From assembly GCF_009914755.1 (NCBI RefSeq), contig NC_060935.1: a stretch of 64,000 bases of DNA, one strand, 5' to 3'. The DNA is from the human T2T-CHM13v2.0 reference genome, Homo sapiens. Position numbers and translations under genes: made by a program. Each line of letters opens with the position of its first letter. Position 1 is the first letter of the stretch. Shown here piece by piece: positions 42,619 through 57,867 of the stretch. Below the pieces are notes generated by a model. It had not been told where the DNA came from, did not search any database, and was given only the letters and a program-made list of their open reading frames with translations.

Positions 42619-43344
42619 TCCAGGAAGAAAGAGAACAAATAGTTAATAGAAGCCATTTTCAAGGCAATATGTAACTGGTGACAGACATTTGCAAAGCAAT
42701 CTGGAGGAGCCAGAAATCAAATGATAAAAGTTCTGCACTTAAAATGAACTTGGGGCAAATGCAGACATGAAAACCAAGGCTTTTTTGCAAAATGTAATAA
42801 AGCCTAATTATGAGGATACAATCATTCCAGAGTAGAACAACAAAGAGCAAGAATAGGACAGTGGAGAAAGGAATGTAGGAGAGAATAAACTGAATTTGAA
42901 AAATATACAAGGATAATAGAGACTATCAATTTATTAGGCCTGTAAGTATGAATTAATTTATTTATAACTTTCTTCAGTCCTTGGAGAATTTATGACAGCC
43001 AAGACACTCTCTTAAGCACAAGGTGAAGATTTTCACTATTTCCTGAGAGATTATAAAATGAATATTAATACCAGAATTTCATACATATCATAGTTTTTGG
43101 TTATATAAATATATGTATGTTAATTGTAGAGTTAACCGCCCATTTTTTTTATTCTATAAGATGAATTAAGGTATTATCAAATTATTATTTCATCATTTTT
43201 TAAATATACCCAAGTGTTGTCTGCAGTCAGATATTTGAAATAGATTATAAATTATCAAAATCCCAGTGTTAGTGCTTTTTTCTGAGACTACTACTTATTA
43301 CACTAGCTCTAGGGGAGACTCAGTAAACATTGCTGACTAGTAGT

Positions 43345-43830
43345 ATTAAACTATTTTCTTTTTCCTTTTGGTTGCAAGTAAATCAAAGAACAAACCCTAT
43401 CAAAAATAAATAAAACAAAATCTAAATAATTGAGAAAGAAGTAACATTGATTGTAAGTTATTGAGGCCATTTCACAGACTCCAAGAGAGTTTTGAGTACA
43501 TAATACCTAAGAAGGGCAGATACAAAGCAGCTTTAGAGGTCTAAGCAACTGAGCCTCACATAACTTTTTCCAAACTGTTCTCATTCATATGATTCAAAAT
43601 TGATGACTACCAGTTTGGTATATCTCCAGTACAAATTTCAAATTCCCAGGAAAAAAAAATTCAACTGGCCCTGCTGGAATCAAATGTCTTCCTCCTGGAT
43701 CAGTCAGTCCTGGCCAAGGGCAGGCTCACATAATCTAAACATGACCATCGGGAGCCCACCTCTGTGGACTGGGGGTTCTCTGCAGAGAAAGCAGATCGGT
43801 ATCTGCTGCACAACTCCTTCAGAAAATATG
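43345..43830 (-). mobile_element. Old MLT1-type MaLR LTR (uncertain)
   Basis: ttttggttgcaagta start and ctggccctgctggaatcaaatgtc...ggccaagggcagg. Confidence 0.4.
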
Positions 43831-44792
43831 TGTTTCACTGGGAGATATAATTACTTTTATGTAAATAGCAAAGTAAATTTATGAAACCAGTAGCCCCCAG
43901 TTCTATGGCAGAAATGAAAAAGAAACATCTACTTTCTGATTCTCTCACCTGACCACAGCACTGAGAATAAGACTTTAATGCTGGCGCTCTGACTTGTGAT
44001 CTTCAGGAAGAGTCTTAAATGTAGTTGTTTATTTGTTCCTAAGGTTCTACAATACAACTAGGACCTAATCTGGGATTCCCAGATCCCAAGGGGTTCAACT
44101 CCAAGGGAATAATGAAAGATGAACGATTTATAATAATTCAAAAGACAGAATCCTAATTATGCAATTTCCTTGCAACAAGACTGCACAAAGTAATAAAATG
44201 TGAAAGTTCTTATATTAATATTTTGGGCTGAAATTACCAGTGTATTAGAGGATCAGAAATTCTTATTGGTATTATACATGATTGTGTTTGATTTACATAG
44301 GATTACTGCCTTATTCATGTTTATATTTCCAGCAATTGGCATAGTACTAGACACAACTGAATGGAATTACTAAACTTTGTAGCTTGAAAACAAAATTTCT
44401 GAAAACACACGTTCTATGGTATTCTCTTAGGAGAAAAGTGTTAAAGAATGATGAAGAGGAGAAATAGAAACTACCAGCCTAAGAGGGTAAAATACCATTA
44501 TTAATCCTCTTTACCAAGAAATCTGAGAGCTGTGAAATAATTTATTAAAACTTACTAAAGAGAAAAATCAACATATAGGAGATTCACATATTGAAACTTA
44601 ACTCCCAGAATTTCTGCCATGTACCAGGGATTTTACTAGCTGTGGATATACTAGGACCCCAAGGAGCACATTGTCTCCATGGAGAAACAGATGTAGGAAT
44701 CAGTAGTTATGAAATGATACCATCAGGGATACAATAAAAGAAGTGTTCTATTTATGAACAAATAATAGAATTATTAAAACACATCCTTTCTC

Positions 44793-45040
44793 AGTTCAAG
44801 ATCAGCCTGTTCAACAGGGCAAAACCTCGTTATTTACCAAAAATACGAAAAAAAAAATTAGCTGGGCTTAGTGGCATGCACCTGTAATCCCAGCTACTTG
44901 GGGAGGCTGAGGCACAAGAATCACTTGAATCCAGGAGGTGGAGGCTGCAGTGAGCCAAGATCATGCCACTACACTCCAGCCTGGGCAACAGAGTAAAACT
45001 CTGTCTCAAAAATAAAAACCAAAACCAAAAACAGAAAAAC
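44793..45040 (+). mobile_element. 5'-truncated Alu (AluS/J)
   Basis: Starts at the B box agttcaaga. Exact TSD cacatcctttctc at 44780-44792 and 45041-45053, preceded by a TT|AAAA endonuclease site. Confidence 0.93.
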
Positions 45041-47159
45041 CACATCCTTTCTCTATCATAAGTAGTCCCTAAGCATGCACTCTCCTCTGATCATCTGCTC
45101 AAAAATTAACATTTTTATTCTCTGAGTCTCCAGCACATCTGGGCTCCCTCTGCACTGCAGGAATACCTCCAAAATTTAGCATCACCATCTCTCCTTCACT
45201 AAAGGTGATCCCACTTTCTCCCCCCTGCCACAGATAAACAAAAACTGAGGAAAAAAGCTTAATCTCTTACACAATCTGAGTGAAAATCAGGCTCCCCCAG
45301 GCTTACTGCTAACATAGTTGTAAGACATGTTATGTCAGTCCAGTCGTATCTTTCAGCACATGGTACCTCAACAATAGATAAAGATATTTAGGAAGCTCCA
45401 CATATTACTTTTCCATTGCCTACAAGGGGAGTCAAATGAGGAGAATTTCCAAAAGGTAACTTTCTAATTTTTTGTCTCCATCATACACAAATTATTTCAT
45501 GACAGCTAAACTCATTTACAGTACACGTAATTCCAAGAGACACCACTGTCATTTCTATTAGGCAATCCATGTATTACAGAGTATCATACATTCAGCCACT
45601 TTCTTCACACACTTCAGAGTACAGAAGTAGTAGCATGAGTACATGAAAGGAGAAGTAGGATGTCTGGGATCTGTTCCCAGTGCTACAATTGATGCACTAT
45701 TCTTACTCCCTTTGCATTGAAATCTCCCATCTGTAGCACAAGGATAATGACATAGTACCTGTTTGTTTCTAAGGCACTGGAAAATTCTCTGGTAGAAGAT
45801 ACTATGCAAATGCAGAGACTATTATTACACCAGGAAGACTTGAAAATTGCAAGTTGGTGTGCTCATCACTATTAAGCAGTTGACACAGTGACAAAAGAGA
45901 GAGCATCTTTCTTCAAGGCATCTAAAATCAAGTATTGCTGAATATGCAGCTATTCTGAAAAACATATGTGCAAATATATTCGTTTTAATGACCTTCCAAC
46001 TCTAACTCATCAATAACCCATTTAAAGCAATCCTTTCCAAGTTATCCTGACTCCAACAAAATGCATGGAATCCCTAATCACTGATATTTTTTATAATGCA
46101 AAGCTTTCTGAAAGATTATTCTTTCTCCTTGCAAAATATTTGCTTTACTCCAGAATTTCAGAGAGCATTCTGGCTCATTCCACTAAGATTATTCCAAAAT
46201 ATAAAAACATTTATCCTTCAATCTGCTAATCTTGGAATAATCAAACTTACAGTACAGTGGTGGACAGGCATCCAAGCAGGGGCTTCCACTGAACAATTCT
46301 GGGCTGGGCATCTGCCTTGGTTTTGCTGCAAATAAGTAAAAATTATATTATATTCTATTTATTATGGGCCAGTATGTATATATGCTAGCTGACATGTTTA
46401 TTATCAATATGTTTATTACCTTATTTATAATCATAGAGAGAGAATGCTTTGTTGGTGCAATGCTGCAGAAAACTAGGTACATAATTTCTACTCTTATCAA
46501 AGCATAAGAAATTATCCTTTTCCTTTTTTGTTACTCTAAGGACTAGGTTTCTGGCACCAGGCTGTCTCAGCATCTGGCCTTCCAGGCTTCAATACCAACC
46601 ACCTGAGAACTCTTACAACCCATAGGCTGACTGTTCTCTTCCAGGCTCCTAATCAACCCTGAAACATGCTGTACTCCTGTAAGATCACATGAGTCAAGGT
46701 ATAGAATGGCTGTTTATTTGTCTCTGTTTCCAGACTATAAGCTAGTGATGGTGATTCTCTCTAGAGTGTTTCATAGAACTCCAGAATGTTGGGTTGAAAG
46801 GGATAGATCTCAGAGGCCTTCTTATCACATGAAAAACTGAAGTGCAGAGAAATAAAACAATTTTCTCAAGGAGTCAGAAATTTGACATTCTAAACCATTT
46901 TCCAGGCACTTCTTTATACAAAAGAAATTTATCTCTAGTTAACCTATACTTTTGTTGTAATTCCTGTAAATTTACTTCTAATTGGCTTTTAAAAATAATA
47001 CAGTGCTTTACTTTCACCAACAATACTGCTACACCCCTTTGATAATGAAAACTGATTAGTCCAAAAGGGGGGGAAAGATTTTAATAAGCCATACTTTATC
47101 TTTTATTTTTTTCATTGTATTCTCAGTGATAATATAGGCATACTTATAATATTAATAAT

Positions 47160-47410
47160 CGCCATAAAAACCACAGCTGTGATTTACTGAACAACTAAAT
47201 ATGCAAGGCACTATTCTGGACACATTATATTATTACTAGTCCCCACAATAAACATAAGTAGGAGTATTATGCTCACTTTCTAGTGGAGAAAACAGAGACT
47301 TAGAGAGGTTAAGCAACTTGGCTAAAACTCAACCTACTAGACAGCAGCATCTCTGAGATTGCAGCAAGACTCTGGCTGACTCTGGTGCCCATGTATGCTC
47401 TTTCTTTTAT
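47160..47410 (-). mobile_element. MIR SINE
   Basis: gagaaaacagagacttagagaggttaagcaacttggc. Confidence 0.75.
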
Positions 47411-49914
47411 GAGAAGTTGCCTCTGTTATTTTAGACTGTCTCTTTAATGGGAGGTAAGCCATGTCATCATCCAATCTGATTTTATCTAATGAATGATCCT
47501 AACATTTCTGATTTAACTGAATAAAATACTGAATTCAGTACTCCTATCACACTAAAATTTTTGCCTGTGATTTGTAAGCTTTTTAGAGCAACTTTATTTG
47601 GTTGATCTATTTTTAAGGCATCACTAAGCCCTAAAATGCTGTATGAGTGACTATGGATAAAGTCATCATAAAAATAAACTTATATCATCAATCTCCATGA
47701 TCAATTTCTTTAAAGCAAAATATGATATGCAGCAGCAGCAGCAGAGTACAGAAGGTACACTGGTCAGATAACCACAATTTTAAGCTAATTTTGGCCATGT
47801 GCTTGCTGCCATGAAATGCTCTTGACAGTCACAACTGTGAAACAGTGTTAGTATTTTGCCTAATTCACAGATAATAGATATAGATTCTCCTCAGATCATT
47901 ATCACAATTTGCAAGGAAGCTACTAATGAGAACACACAACATATTCACAAAATATGACGGGTGCATAAATAAGGTGTGTTTCAACTTCTGCGGTGCTCAG
48001 CATGGGATAAAGAAAGATGGAAATGTGTGTTTCTGTTTTGCCTTCTATTATTACCTGATTTCTGACACTAAGATCTTCTCGTACGTGTTTTAACTAAGAA
48101 AATTAACAATGATTTTACAAGGCCAGACAAATAAAAAAGACTAGTGATGACACATGTCATGTGAACATAAATTATTCTTTAATCCTATTGTATGATAAGC
48201 AAAAAACATTGAAATAGAAGTTAGAACCTTGGATTTTAGTTTAGTGTTCCCATTGATCTACCTGTGGAACTTTGGAAAACTCACTTTAACACTTTAGACC
48301 ACACTTTTCTCATCTGTAAAATGAGAAAGTTTCTTGGATCCATCATTCAATGTGGAGAGAGGAAGAGCCAAATCTACCCAAAGATCTTTCCCAAACTTTA
48401 TAGTTCTACCAAGAATTTAATATTTGGTTTTATCTACCAAAGTGGTATACCCTGCAGTTGAGATCATTTATCATTCTGATATACTGATGAGACATCTTTT
48501 AGGGTCTTGGGAATATGAACAGGAAATGGTTATTTCCCTGTGAGTTTCAGTGCTAGCAAAGATCCACAACCACTAGACTAGATGGTCTCAAAAGAGCCTT
48601 CCACTTAAGTGTGGTTACTGAAAATCCTAACCTCATGTTTTGTCTACCACTTCGCTCTACTTCTAAAGAAGGCAAGATCTAACATGGATCAGGGAACCTA
48701 CCACAGCAGGTGGAGAAGGAAAGGGATTTAAAATTCTTTTTCCTCGAAGTCTTCATTCTCCTTCTTCAGTATCTTTTGTTTTTAACATTTAATGTGTACA
48801 CTGTGGCATAACAGAGTTTGGGCCTACCTCCTACTCAAAAGAGTAGGAGGTCAGCTCCTTAGAAGCCCAGCTAGAACCAGAATAAACACTAGGGGAAAGG
48901 ACACTATCATGTCTAACTCTTAGTTAATTCTTAAGCCAAAAATCAAGGGAGAACATTAGAATTCCCTCAAGGGAGAACCTAGCTCTCTAAGCAAAGATTT
49001 AAGATAGAAGTTGGTGACAAAAGGTAAAGCTTTCCCACCTTCCTTCTGTCTCATTCATCTATCCAGGATGTTTATACCTGTAGATTAGTGATATGTGACT
49101 AGACCAGGATTCGGGGATTTGCAATGCTGACCGTTAAAAACATGTCCTCTTAAGAGACAAAACTATCAATGGGTCTTAGTCTTTTAAAAACAGACAGGTT
49201 GATGTCTCCAAACCTCTCATCTTCCTTGGTTATCTGTTTCTCACTTTAGAATCTTGACATATTTCATTCCAGAATATTCTGAGAACATTAGCTAAATATG
49301 CTGACCAATTACACCTGAGATTGATTGTATAAATATGTAACTACAAAGAACTCGAAAAGTGACCTAGAGAACCCTAAAGATGTTCTTCTCAAACAACCCC
49401 ATCCCTCCAAAAACATGGGAATATTTTTTTTTGTGTATCAGGGGCTTATACACAGTTAGAGTGCTTTGGAGTTTAGAAATGCTTATATATACATTGAGCC
49501 CTTTCATCCCCAGAAAAAGTTGTGTGTGGCAGAGTGAGAGATGATTCATACAAATAAAATTTTGACCTAAATGTTTCATTAAAATAGCATGTTCTTTTGA
49601 AAGCAGAGTAAGAGCTGAAAGGTTCTGTTGTTCTACTGTTCACAGTAAAATGATCCTCATAAACAAAGGAGTTTTTTTTCGGGGTGGGGGTGCGGTATTG
49701 AGAAGTATTGCATGATAGAACTGTACACATATTTGCTCATTCATTTACCCATCCCTCAGTTACCAAAATACACTCCATGAATGGTACGTTAGGTATACAT
49801 ATAGATTTTAAATTTAGAACTAAAAAATTTAAATAATCCTTATTCTCCTAAAGCCCCCAACCTTTTAGGAGATACAATACAATGTGCTGAGTTTAAAACA
49901 GGGTTAAATAACAG

Positions 49915-50200
49915 GACCATTCATCCATTCATGTAGTTGGTCAACAAGCATTTATTGAGCAATTACTAAGTGCCAGCTATTGCATTAGGAATAAGGATAT
50001 ATCAAGAGTCAGTATCTGCCTAAAAAAGTACTTATTCTAAGGAGAAAGATAAACTAATAAAGCTGCAGTTATAAAGCAATATTACTGATATGGGATAAAT
50101 AAACCATTTCATGACAGATCAAAAATATTCACTGCACTCATTCTTGGGGCAGGAGTAAGAAATGAACAAGCGTAAGGGAAAATTATACAGAGGAATTGAG
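49915..50200 (-). mobile_element. L2 3' fragment
   Basis: tcaacaagcatttattgagcaattactaagtgccag. Confidence 0.65.
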
Positions 50201-51869
50201 GCAAAAGGTGGAAGTATTTAACTCTGGCTGGGTAATTCAGAAATGTCTTTTTGAAGAGACACTTCAGGTTTCCAACACAGTTTTAAGGAGGCGAAGGTGT
50301 AAGAAGAGGGCGTTACAGGCTAAAGGTAACTCAAAAGACCATCTGATAGTGCAAAGTAAAGACATTATTGGCCTTGTCAAGAAACTCCTCAATTCTGGAC
50401 CTCAGAATCCCAGGACTGAGGAGAAAGAATGATTTTATGCTATACAGAGAGCTGAGTTCAGCCTTTCCCTTTATCTCTTCTTCACAAGACTAAATGGACA
50501 GCAGGGTGTGGGATAAATGAATCCTACCAGGAAGTGGACATGGAAGGACCCAGATCTGATCCTGTAAAACACACAAGAGGCCCTCCTGAGTTTAATCTTT
50601 GAACAAGCATTTCAGCTGTCTTACTCATCCGTGAGACTCTAAGGTATTTGACAGATGAAGAAAAAGAGGTCAAAACGTGATGCCCAAGGAGCAGAACTAA
50701 GTGGCTTTTTGCATGCAGAACTAAAATGACATGCAATAATGTGTATGCAAATGGACTGTGAGTTGTAAAGTACTTTAGAAATGTAATGGATAATTATAAA
50801 GCATTAATTATTTGAAAATTAATTTTATGAGCTAATTCTTGTTATTAAAATTACTAGAACACTTTCTGACTTCTAGTCCAATATACTCTCTAGCACATCA
50901 AGAGTTAAAAATTTTTTCAAAAAGTTTGAGGAAAAACGACTCAGAAAGTGCCTCCAAATCATCAATTTCATATATTTCTAAATATAGAGATATAATATAT
51001 ATCTATATTTGTATGTATGTATCTACATACACATAATGTGTTCATTATGCATCATCCACATAATGTGTCTATAGATACATATATACTTACAAATATGATT
51101 TATGTGTGTGTATACAGGTGTGTATTAAAAAATTATTCTGGCAAAATAAAGGTTTTCATTGAATTAGTTTTCTAATTTCCCATAAAGACATGTAATTTCA
51201 GAGTGAGATGTTTAAAAAAAGAGAAGATCAAATCTTGCCATGTGCTAATGTAAAATACATTATAGGTGGAAATATGTGCACAAAATGTTACATTGGAAGT
51301 CCTAAGACACCAAGATATAAAAATGAGATTCCAAAGGAGGCTAGACCACGTGTGCAATATTCAAATAAATTACCAAGAACCAACTTGAGGATCCTGAATC
51401 CTATCTATAATGTAATATAATGCTGGTATACAAAAGTTAGATGACTAAAGATTTAGAAAGGGGGAGAATATCTTTGAAGAGGGGTTGAGAAGTCTTACAT
51501 ATCACCTACAATTAGCAAAAGAAACTTCAATGGGACTGCACCTAGAGCTTAACATAACTTCCTTGGGTTTAGGAGGTCAGTATACTGGGATTTGACTCTC
51601 ACCTAAGAAGCTTAACCAGTGAGATAACGTGGCAAATTGGTTCTTAAGTGAGAAGTGGCTTCATATGGGTTAGCCTGCACTCTCAGAGTTCGTCAAGGCA
51701 AAAGATTCATTCTGGAGCCATTGTAACACCTGTCAAGACAACCCTCCATATAGGGTGGGCTGCTGTAAAATGTGACGCTAAGGAAATGCCTCATCCACAT
51801 CATAGGAGATTTAGGCCCAGAAGGGGAAACTTCCAAAGACTGAGGAAAGTGTCCATGAGGGAAAAACTC

Positions 51870-52040
51870 AAGCCAGACATTTTCTGGCTGCGTTAAAATC
51901 CCAGATCCACTGTTTGCTAGCTATGTAACCCTAGGCAAGTTGCTTTACCTCTCTTTGCATTAGTTATGAAGATTTTAAAAGTTATAAGTAAAGCACTTAA
52001 AACTATTTCTATACATAATCAGCACTATTTGTCAGTAATT
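51870..52040 (+). mobile_element. MIR SINE
   Basis: aaatcccagatccactgtttgctagctatgtaaccctaggcaagttg. Confidence 0.7.
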
Positions 52041-53319
52041 TTCTTCCTTTTTGGTTATTCTTACTGTTATTATATGTCAGGTTCGGAAGGCAAAAAACAC
52101 AATTCCAGTTTAATAAGAACTTTCCTTGTCTCCTTTTCTTATTTCCCTCTTATGCTCCAAACTTGGAAGGATCAATAACCAACTAGTAAATAGGTAAATA
52201 GAAAAAAAAAAAAAAGTAATCGTAAATAGGAATAAAAAAAAAAACTAGTAAAAAAAAAAATGAAAAGAGAAGTCTATGACATCCCCTTCCCCCAAAGCAG
52301 ATGTCCTGTCTGAAGACCCCACAGTGGAAAAAAGAGAATCTTTCATCTGGAATGTGTTCAGAATTTTGACTAATATTTGGGACTGAGCAATTTTAATTAA
52401 TACATTGGGACTGTATTTGTGATATTAAGTGATTGTAGGACTTTTCATTTCCTGTAAATGGAAAGTTATGAGAATACCCGTTTTCATTTAGAGGGCAGGG
52501 TAAGGACCACTGACATTAAGCCATTTTAAACAAACAATGGGGAATCCAAAATAAAATGACTTCTATTATTACATCCCATGAGTATTCCTTGTTCAATGTG
52601 TCAATTACAGATGCCAAACATACTCATGGTTAGTGTTAACTTTTTTCATTCAACTTTGGGCATATTCCTCAACATATGACTTCATCCCTTCCTGGGCTTA
52701 TCCTTCCATTTGCTTCTTTTTATTTTCTCAGGCTTCAAAAGATGTTTAAAATAAGTTGGCCTAATTTGTTTCTGAGGAAATCCTTACTAAAACTGAAGCC
52801 ATGCTGGGGAGTCATGAATTTGCCTCTTTTGTAAATGAAGAAAATGCTGCTGACCTATTCTCCAAAGGATGCTGAGAACAAGCGTTTTTCAGTGGGCAGT
52901 GATGATGGTGCTGAGTCATCCTCAACACTTTTCAAAATCCTTTGTGACTTCAGGCAGACATTTGCCCAGGTTAACAGAGGTGCAGTCTGTGGCTAACTAG
53001 TGCATAAGAGGATTAAACACTCTACATTAAAATATTCTAAGCACCTAGCTACCCAGATTAACAGTAATGAGTGGAATAGGCTCTGAGTTTTCAAGCTGGC
53101 CACATTAAAGGATTATAAATGGAAACCATTGTTGTGACTTGATATTTCAGGGTATCAATGGGGAGAGGACAGCGGGCTTTGACTTAGGAAGCATTTCCTA
53201 GATGTATGATGAAATAATACATTGAGCACCATTAGATCCCAGGCACTTGACATGCATTGTCAGCTCATTGTATCATCACATTAACCCTAGATAGTAGAGG
53301 AGAGAGTTTAATACCATGA

Positions 53320-53720
53320 GGAACTGACTGGACCCGGGTTACAATGCCAGAGTTTTCACTTTTTACATCTGTGGCTTTGGATAAATTTCTTAATCTCTGT
53401 GAGTTTCAGTTTTCTCATCCATAAAGTGGAAAAAATAAAACCTAGCTTAAGGAATTATTGTAAGGATTATAAAACTATATACATTATAATATATATAACA
53501 TATATGTCTAGGGGCCTGATATATACTCTAATAGTAATAAGATAAATACTATATAATTTACATGTTAATATCTATCTTATTAATTGGGGATCTTTCTCCT
53601 GTTTCACTTAGCTCCTCTGAGTCTATATTCTTGTATCTGAGTATAAAATAGTAATATTTATCTCACAAGGTTACTATGAAAATTAAATGAGAAAAAGTAC
53701 ATGAAAGCGCTTAGCAAATG
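53320..53720 (+). mobile_element. Two tandem MIR fragments
   Basis: ctctgtgagtttcagttttctcatccataaagtgg; tctcacaaggttactatgaaaattaaatgag...aaagcgcttag. Confidence 0.65.
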
Positions 53721-55202
53721 TCAAGAACTTTAAACTTAAGTTTTGTTTGTAACTTTTTTGTCAGTATATAGAAGATGGAAAGAATGTCTGAAATACTGCA
53801 GCAATTTAAGATAACTAAATTTGGGAGCCAAAACCGATTCTGCAGTCTGGGATTATTTACTTGAAATCATTGGTTATAAATATTTCTAAAAAATATAATA
53901 TGGTATTTTAGTATTTTATGGAGGCATGTCCCAATATTCTCTGAAGCTCTGTCAGTCTCCAAAGTTTGAGTTATTACTATGCATAGTTGAATGCAATAGA
54001 GTAATTTAAGCTACTAAATACAAGATTTAAAAGCATAGTTTTGTGAAATATTTTTAATGTAATTAATATTTGCATTCTGTCATTGCATCCTAGTAATCAG
54101 ATGAGAAAAACGGAATGGGCTGTAATTGTACTTTTCTCCTTGCAAAAAGGAAAATTTGGATATTATTACTACTATAGAAAATAAATATTTTTTCATTGGC
54201 AGATCTTATCTATTATAAACTACAAAGTCTCATGGAAACATAAAAGACTGTAACTTCTAAAACAAGCTACTTTTTTCTTCCAAACATATTTATAAATTCA
54301 CTTAGTAAAAATATATGAAATTTCAGGACCCCAAAATAAAGTCAAACCTTTGAAGAAAGAAATGCCATTCAGAAACAAGATGAAAGTAATTCACTTCTAT
54401 TCTCTCTGCTACCATAGAGACAAAGAAAAAACAAAGTAAAGAGATTTAGCACACTTAATTCTTCCTGAAATTTATAATTAACTACATGGGAAAGGTAACA
54501 ATTACCATATTTCCAAAGAATAAAGAATTTTAAAAGTTGAGCTTTTGATAAGACATAATTACAACCTATTAAATATGCAATTCATACAAATTTGCTTATG
54601 ATCTTCTTGAATTTCAAAAAATGCATATACATTGGATAGTGTTTTCTGAAAAGTACACATGGAATGCCACCAAGTTAATTGTACAGAGCTTTCTCTTATC
54701 GGAGGATTTTCTCAGTTACCTAAAATCTTGGCAAAACCTAACACAAAGAAAAGGGTCAATGGATATTACTTGCATATATGCCCTGTCTTCCTGACACCTA
54801 TGAATATGTATTTTGGGACAAATGTTAATCAACAAGAAAATGTGCAGGCTTTTGTAGATCAAGTGCCATGGCCAACATCAAGCAATAGCCAGAACGGACT
54901 AGCAATTAGATATGTTCTCAGTTTAAACAGAACTTTAGATTTCTAAGTAAATTATGGGTGTATTAATTCAGGACAGTTTTATTTTAAGAGACTTGCAAGA
55001 AAACACCATATCTAGAAATCCTAAGAGATTCAAAACAAAGAAAGGGAGGAAGAGTTTATTTTGCTTAAAATGTATACTTTCATTTATGGTTTCTTTAGCA
55101 AATAAATTTTTTAAATTTTTATCATTAAGAATATCAAGAAATTATCCTTGTAATGTCCTATTTAGAACTCTATTTAAAAACAAATAATTTATTTTATTTT
55201 AG

Positions 55203-55265
55203 GGTATCTTAAAGACAGCATCAAAGGTTATATTTCTCATTGTAAAAGCATGAAGTATGCGAGAG
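55203..55265 (+). other. Candidate 63-nt internal exon, unassigned
   Basis: tttattttattttag| acceptor and GAG|gtaagc donor; open in phase 1 (YLKDSIKGYISHCKSMKYAR). Confidence 0.3.
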
Positions 55266-56599
55266 GTAAGCTAAAAAAATTAATACTTTATGAAATGTGT
55301 TTTCATACAAAAATCAAAATTCTTGCTGGCATAGATAATAAATGGTATGATTTATGTCTTGAAATTTGACTTTTGGATATTCTTTTTTGAAACATAATTA
55401 AATGGTCTTCGAGGAGACTCTACTGCTAACTACATTGCTGCTTGGTAAAGTGGTATAATAGATTATTCTAAGTCATTTCTGTCTAGGGGTTTCAGAACAA
55501 TTTTAAGGGAACATTTGAAAGTCTGTAAAGCTTTTAACTCAGATCTTAACCACAGAATAACGTAACATCCATTCAGCTCCTGTATGCATAGTGCTGGTGT
55601 CATCTGTGGCTAGTTGGACAAATTCCAAGTAATAATTACTATTATAGTTTTTTAAGTTCCTTTTGTAGGTTACTTGGGATAAAGCCATTTAATGATACTG
55701 ATACACTTTGTTCTCTGAAATGTAAACCAGTATAAAAAAGTAGCCGAACTGCTGTGAACCTCTTCCTAGACAAGTTTGTATCCTGAAAGTTGAGTAAAAC
55801 ATAATGTATTCCACTTAAAAAAATTATATTATTTCTCCAATTATTTTATAACCTGATAATTTAGGAGAATAACATCATTTTTTAATTTTCTATTGCACAC
55901 CTTTCTAACTCACTTTAATGTTTTCATAGTAAAATATACTACATTAATATTGTTATTCTTTTATAGTATATTTATGATAAATATGTTATATATATATTAT
56001 AAAGTCAAATAATTTTCCCCAAAAAATACCATGCTATATTAAATCACTAAGAAATTAAATGAACATGAGTTGGCATTCTTTTATCAAACTGAAAAGCAGA
56101 TCTGACTGCTTTAGTTTTTGTTTAATAAAAAGGTGCAATTGTCTTCTAAGTATTTTGTACTTAAATTTTAGAAATTTCAATTATGATCATGATAATTTGG
56201 TTTATCATAGATGTGATTCAATTGCCATTTTCCAGGTGTATATAAGGAATTTTACCTCTATTAGTCCATTTCTTTTATACAAAAATGACACTTCCAAGTA
56301 TCATTTCAGGCTCACCAAATATTCACAGATAAGTTTACCAATTGGCTGTCTCTTAACTGAATAGTTTCTCCATCAGAGTACAAAGATTTCTTTCACAACT
56401 ATTTATTGTGAAATGCACATTATATATACACATGTACATATGTGTGTACATGTATGTATATATGCTAAAACATTTGTGTATATGTGCACATGAGTCTATA
56501 TATACACACACAGAAGTACATGGATATCTACATAAGAGTGTTGTGTGTGTGTGTAGTATGTATGTATGTGTGTGTGTAAATTAGAGGAAGGAAGAATTT

Positions 56600-57165
56600 C
56601 ACCCACTCATTCACTTATTGAACAGTGAAATAGCTATCAAATGTCTGTTAAATGAAAGAATCAATCAACACTTGTAGTACATCTGCCAGTACCATGGTAA
56701 GTGATCAGCTATAAATACAACTAAGAACTTCCCCTGTCCTCAAGGAATTCACATTCTAGCAAGAAATAGGCACATGGAAAAGCTAACTACACAACCAGAT
56801 AAAGACTATAACAAAGATGCAGACAATGTGCGGAGAACATGGAGGCTGATGGGCTCAGTCTAGTAGGACAATACCAAGGAAAGTACTTAAAGAGAAATCC
56901 GCATTTAGCTGAATCTTAAAGGTTAAGAAATGTATTAGGGAAGTATCAAGCTAGGAAGTTGAGAGGTATTCCAGGCATAAGAAAAAACAGGCACAACGAA
57001 GAAACAAGAGGATGAAATTCAAATTATTTGGGGAAACCAAATGTTATTGATTATAGTTGACTAAGGCATGAAAGGTAGTGGGATCTGAGATAGGCAGTTA
57101 GGCAAGGGATACAACATCGAGGGCCATGTGCTGCAGGGGAAACAATGCAGACTTTATCTTGAAGG
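56600..57165 (-). mobile_element. L2 fragment (continues 57890-58150)
   Basis: ccctgtcctcaaggaattcacattctag; gcatttagctgaatcttaaagg. Confidence 0.65.
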
Positions 57166-57166
57166 G

Positions 57167-57867
<701 letters not shown>

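Noticed and set aside
45710-45727. Minus-strand GDFNAK peptide, resembling a LINE endonuclease motif
   Set aside because: Six residues only, with no other endonuclease motifs in the neighbouring frames.
47729-47744. (CAG)5 as a polyglutamine exon
   Set aside because: Too short, with no supporting splice sites or ORF.
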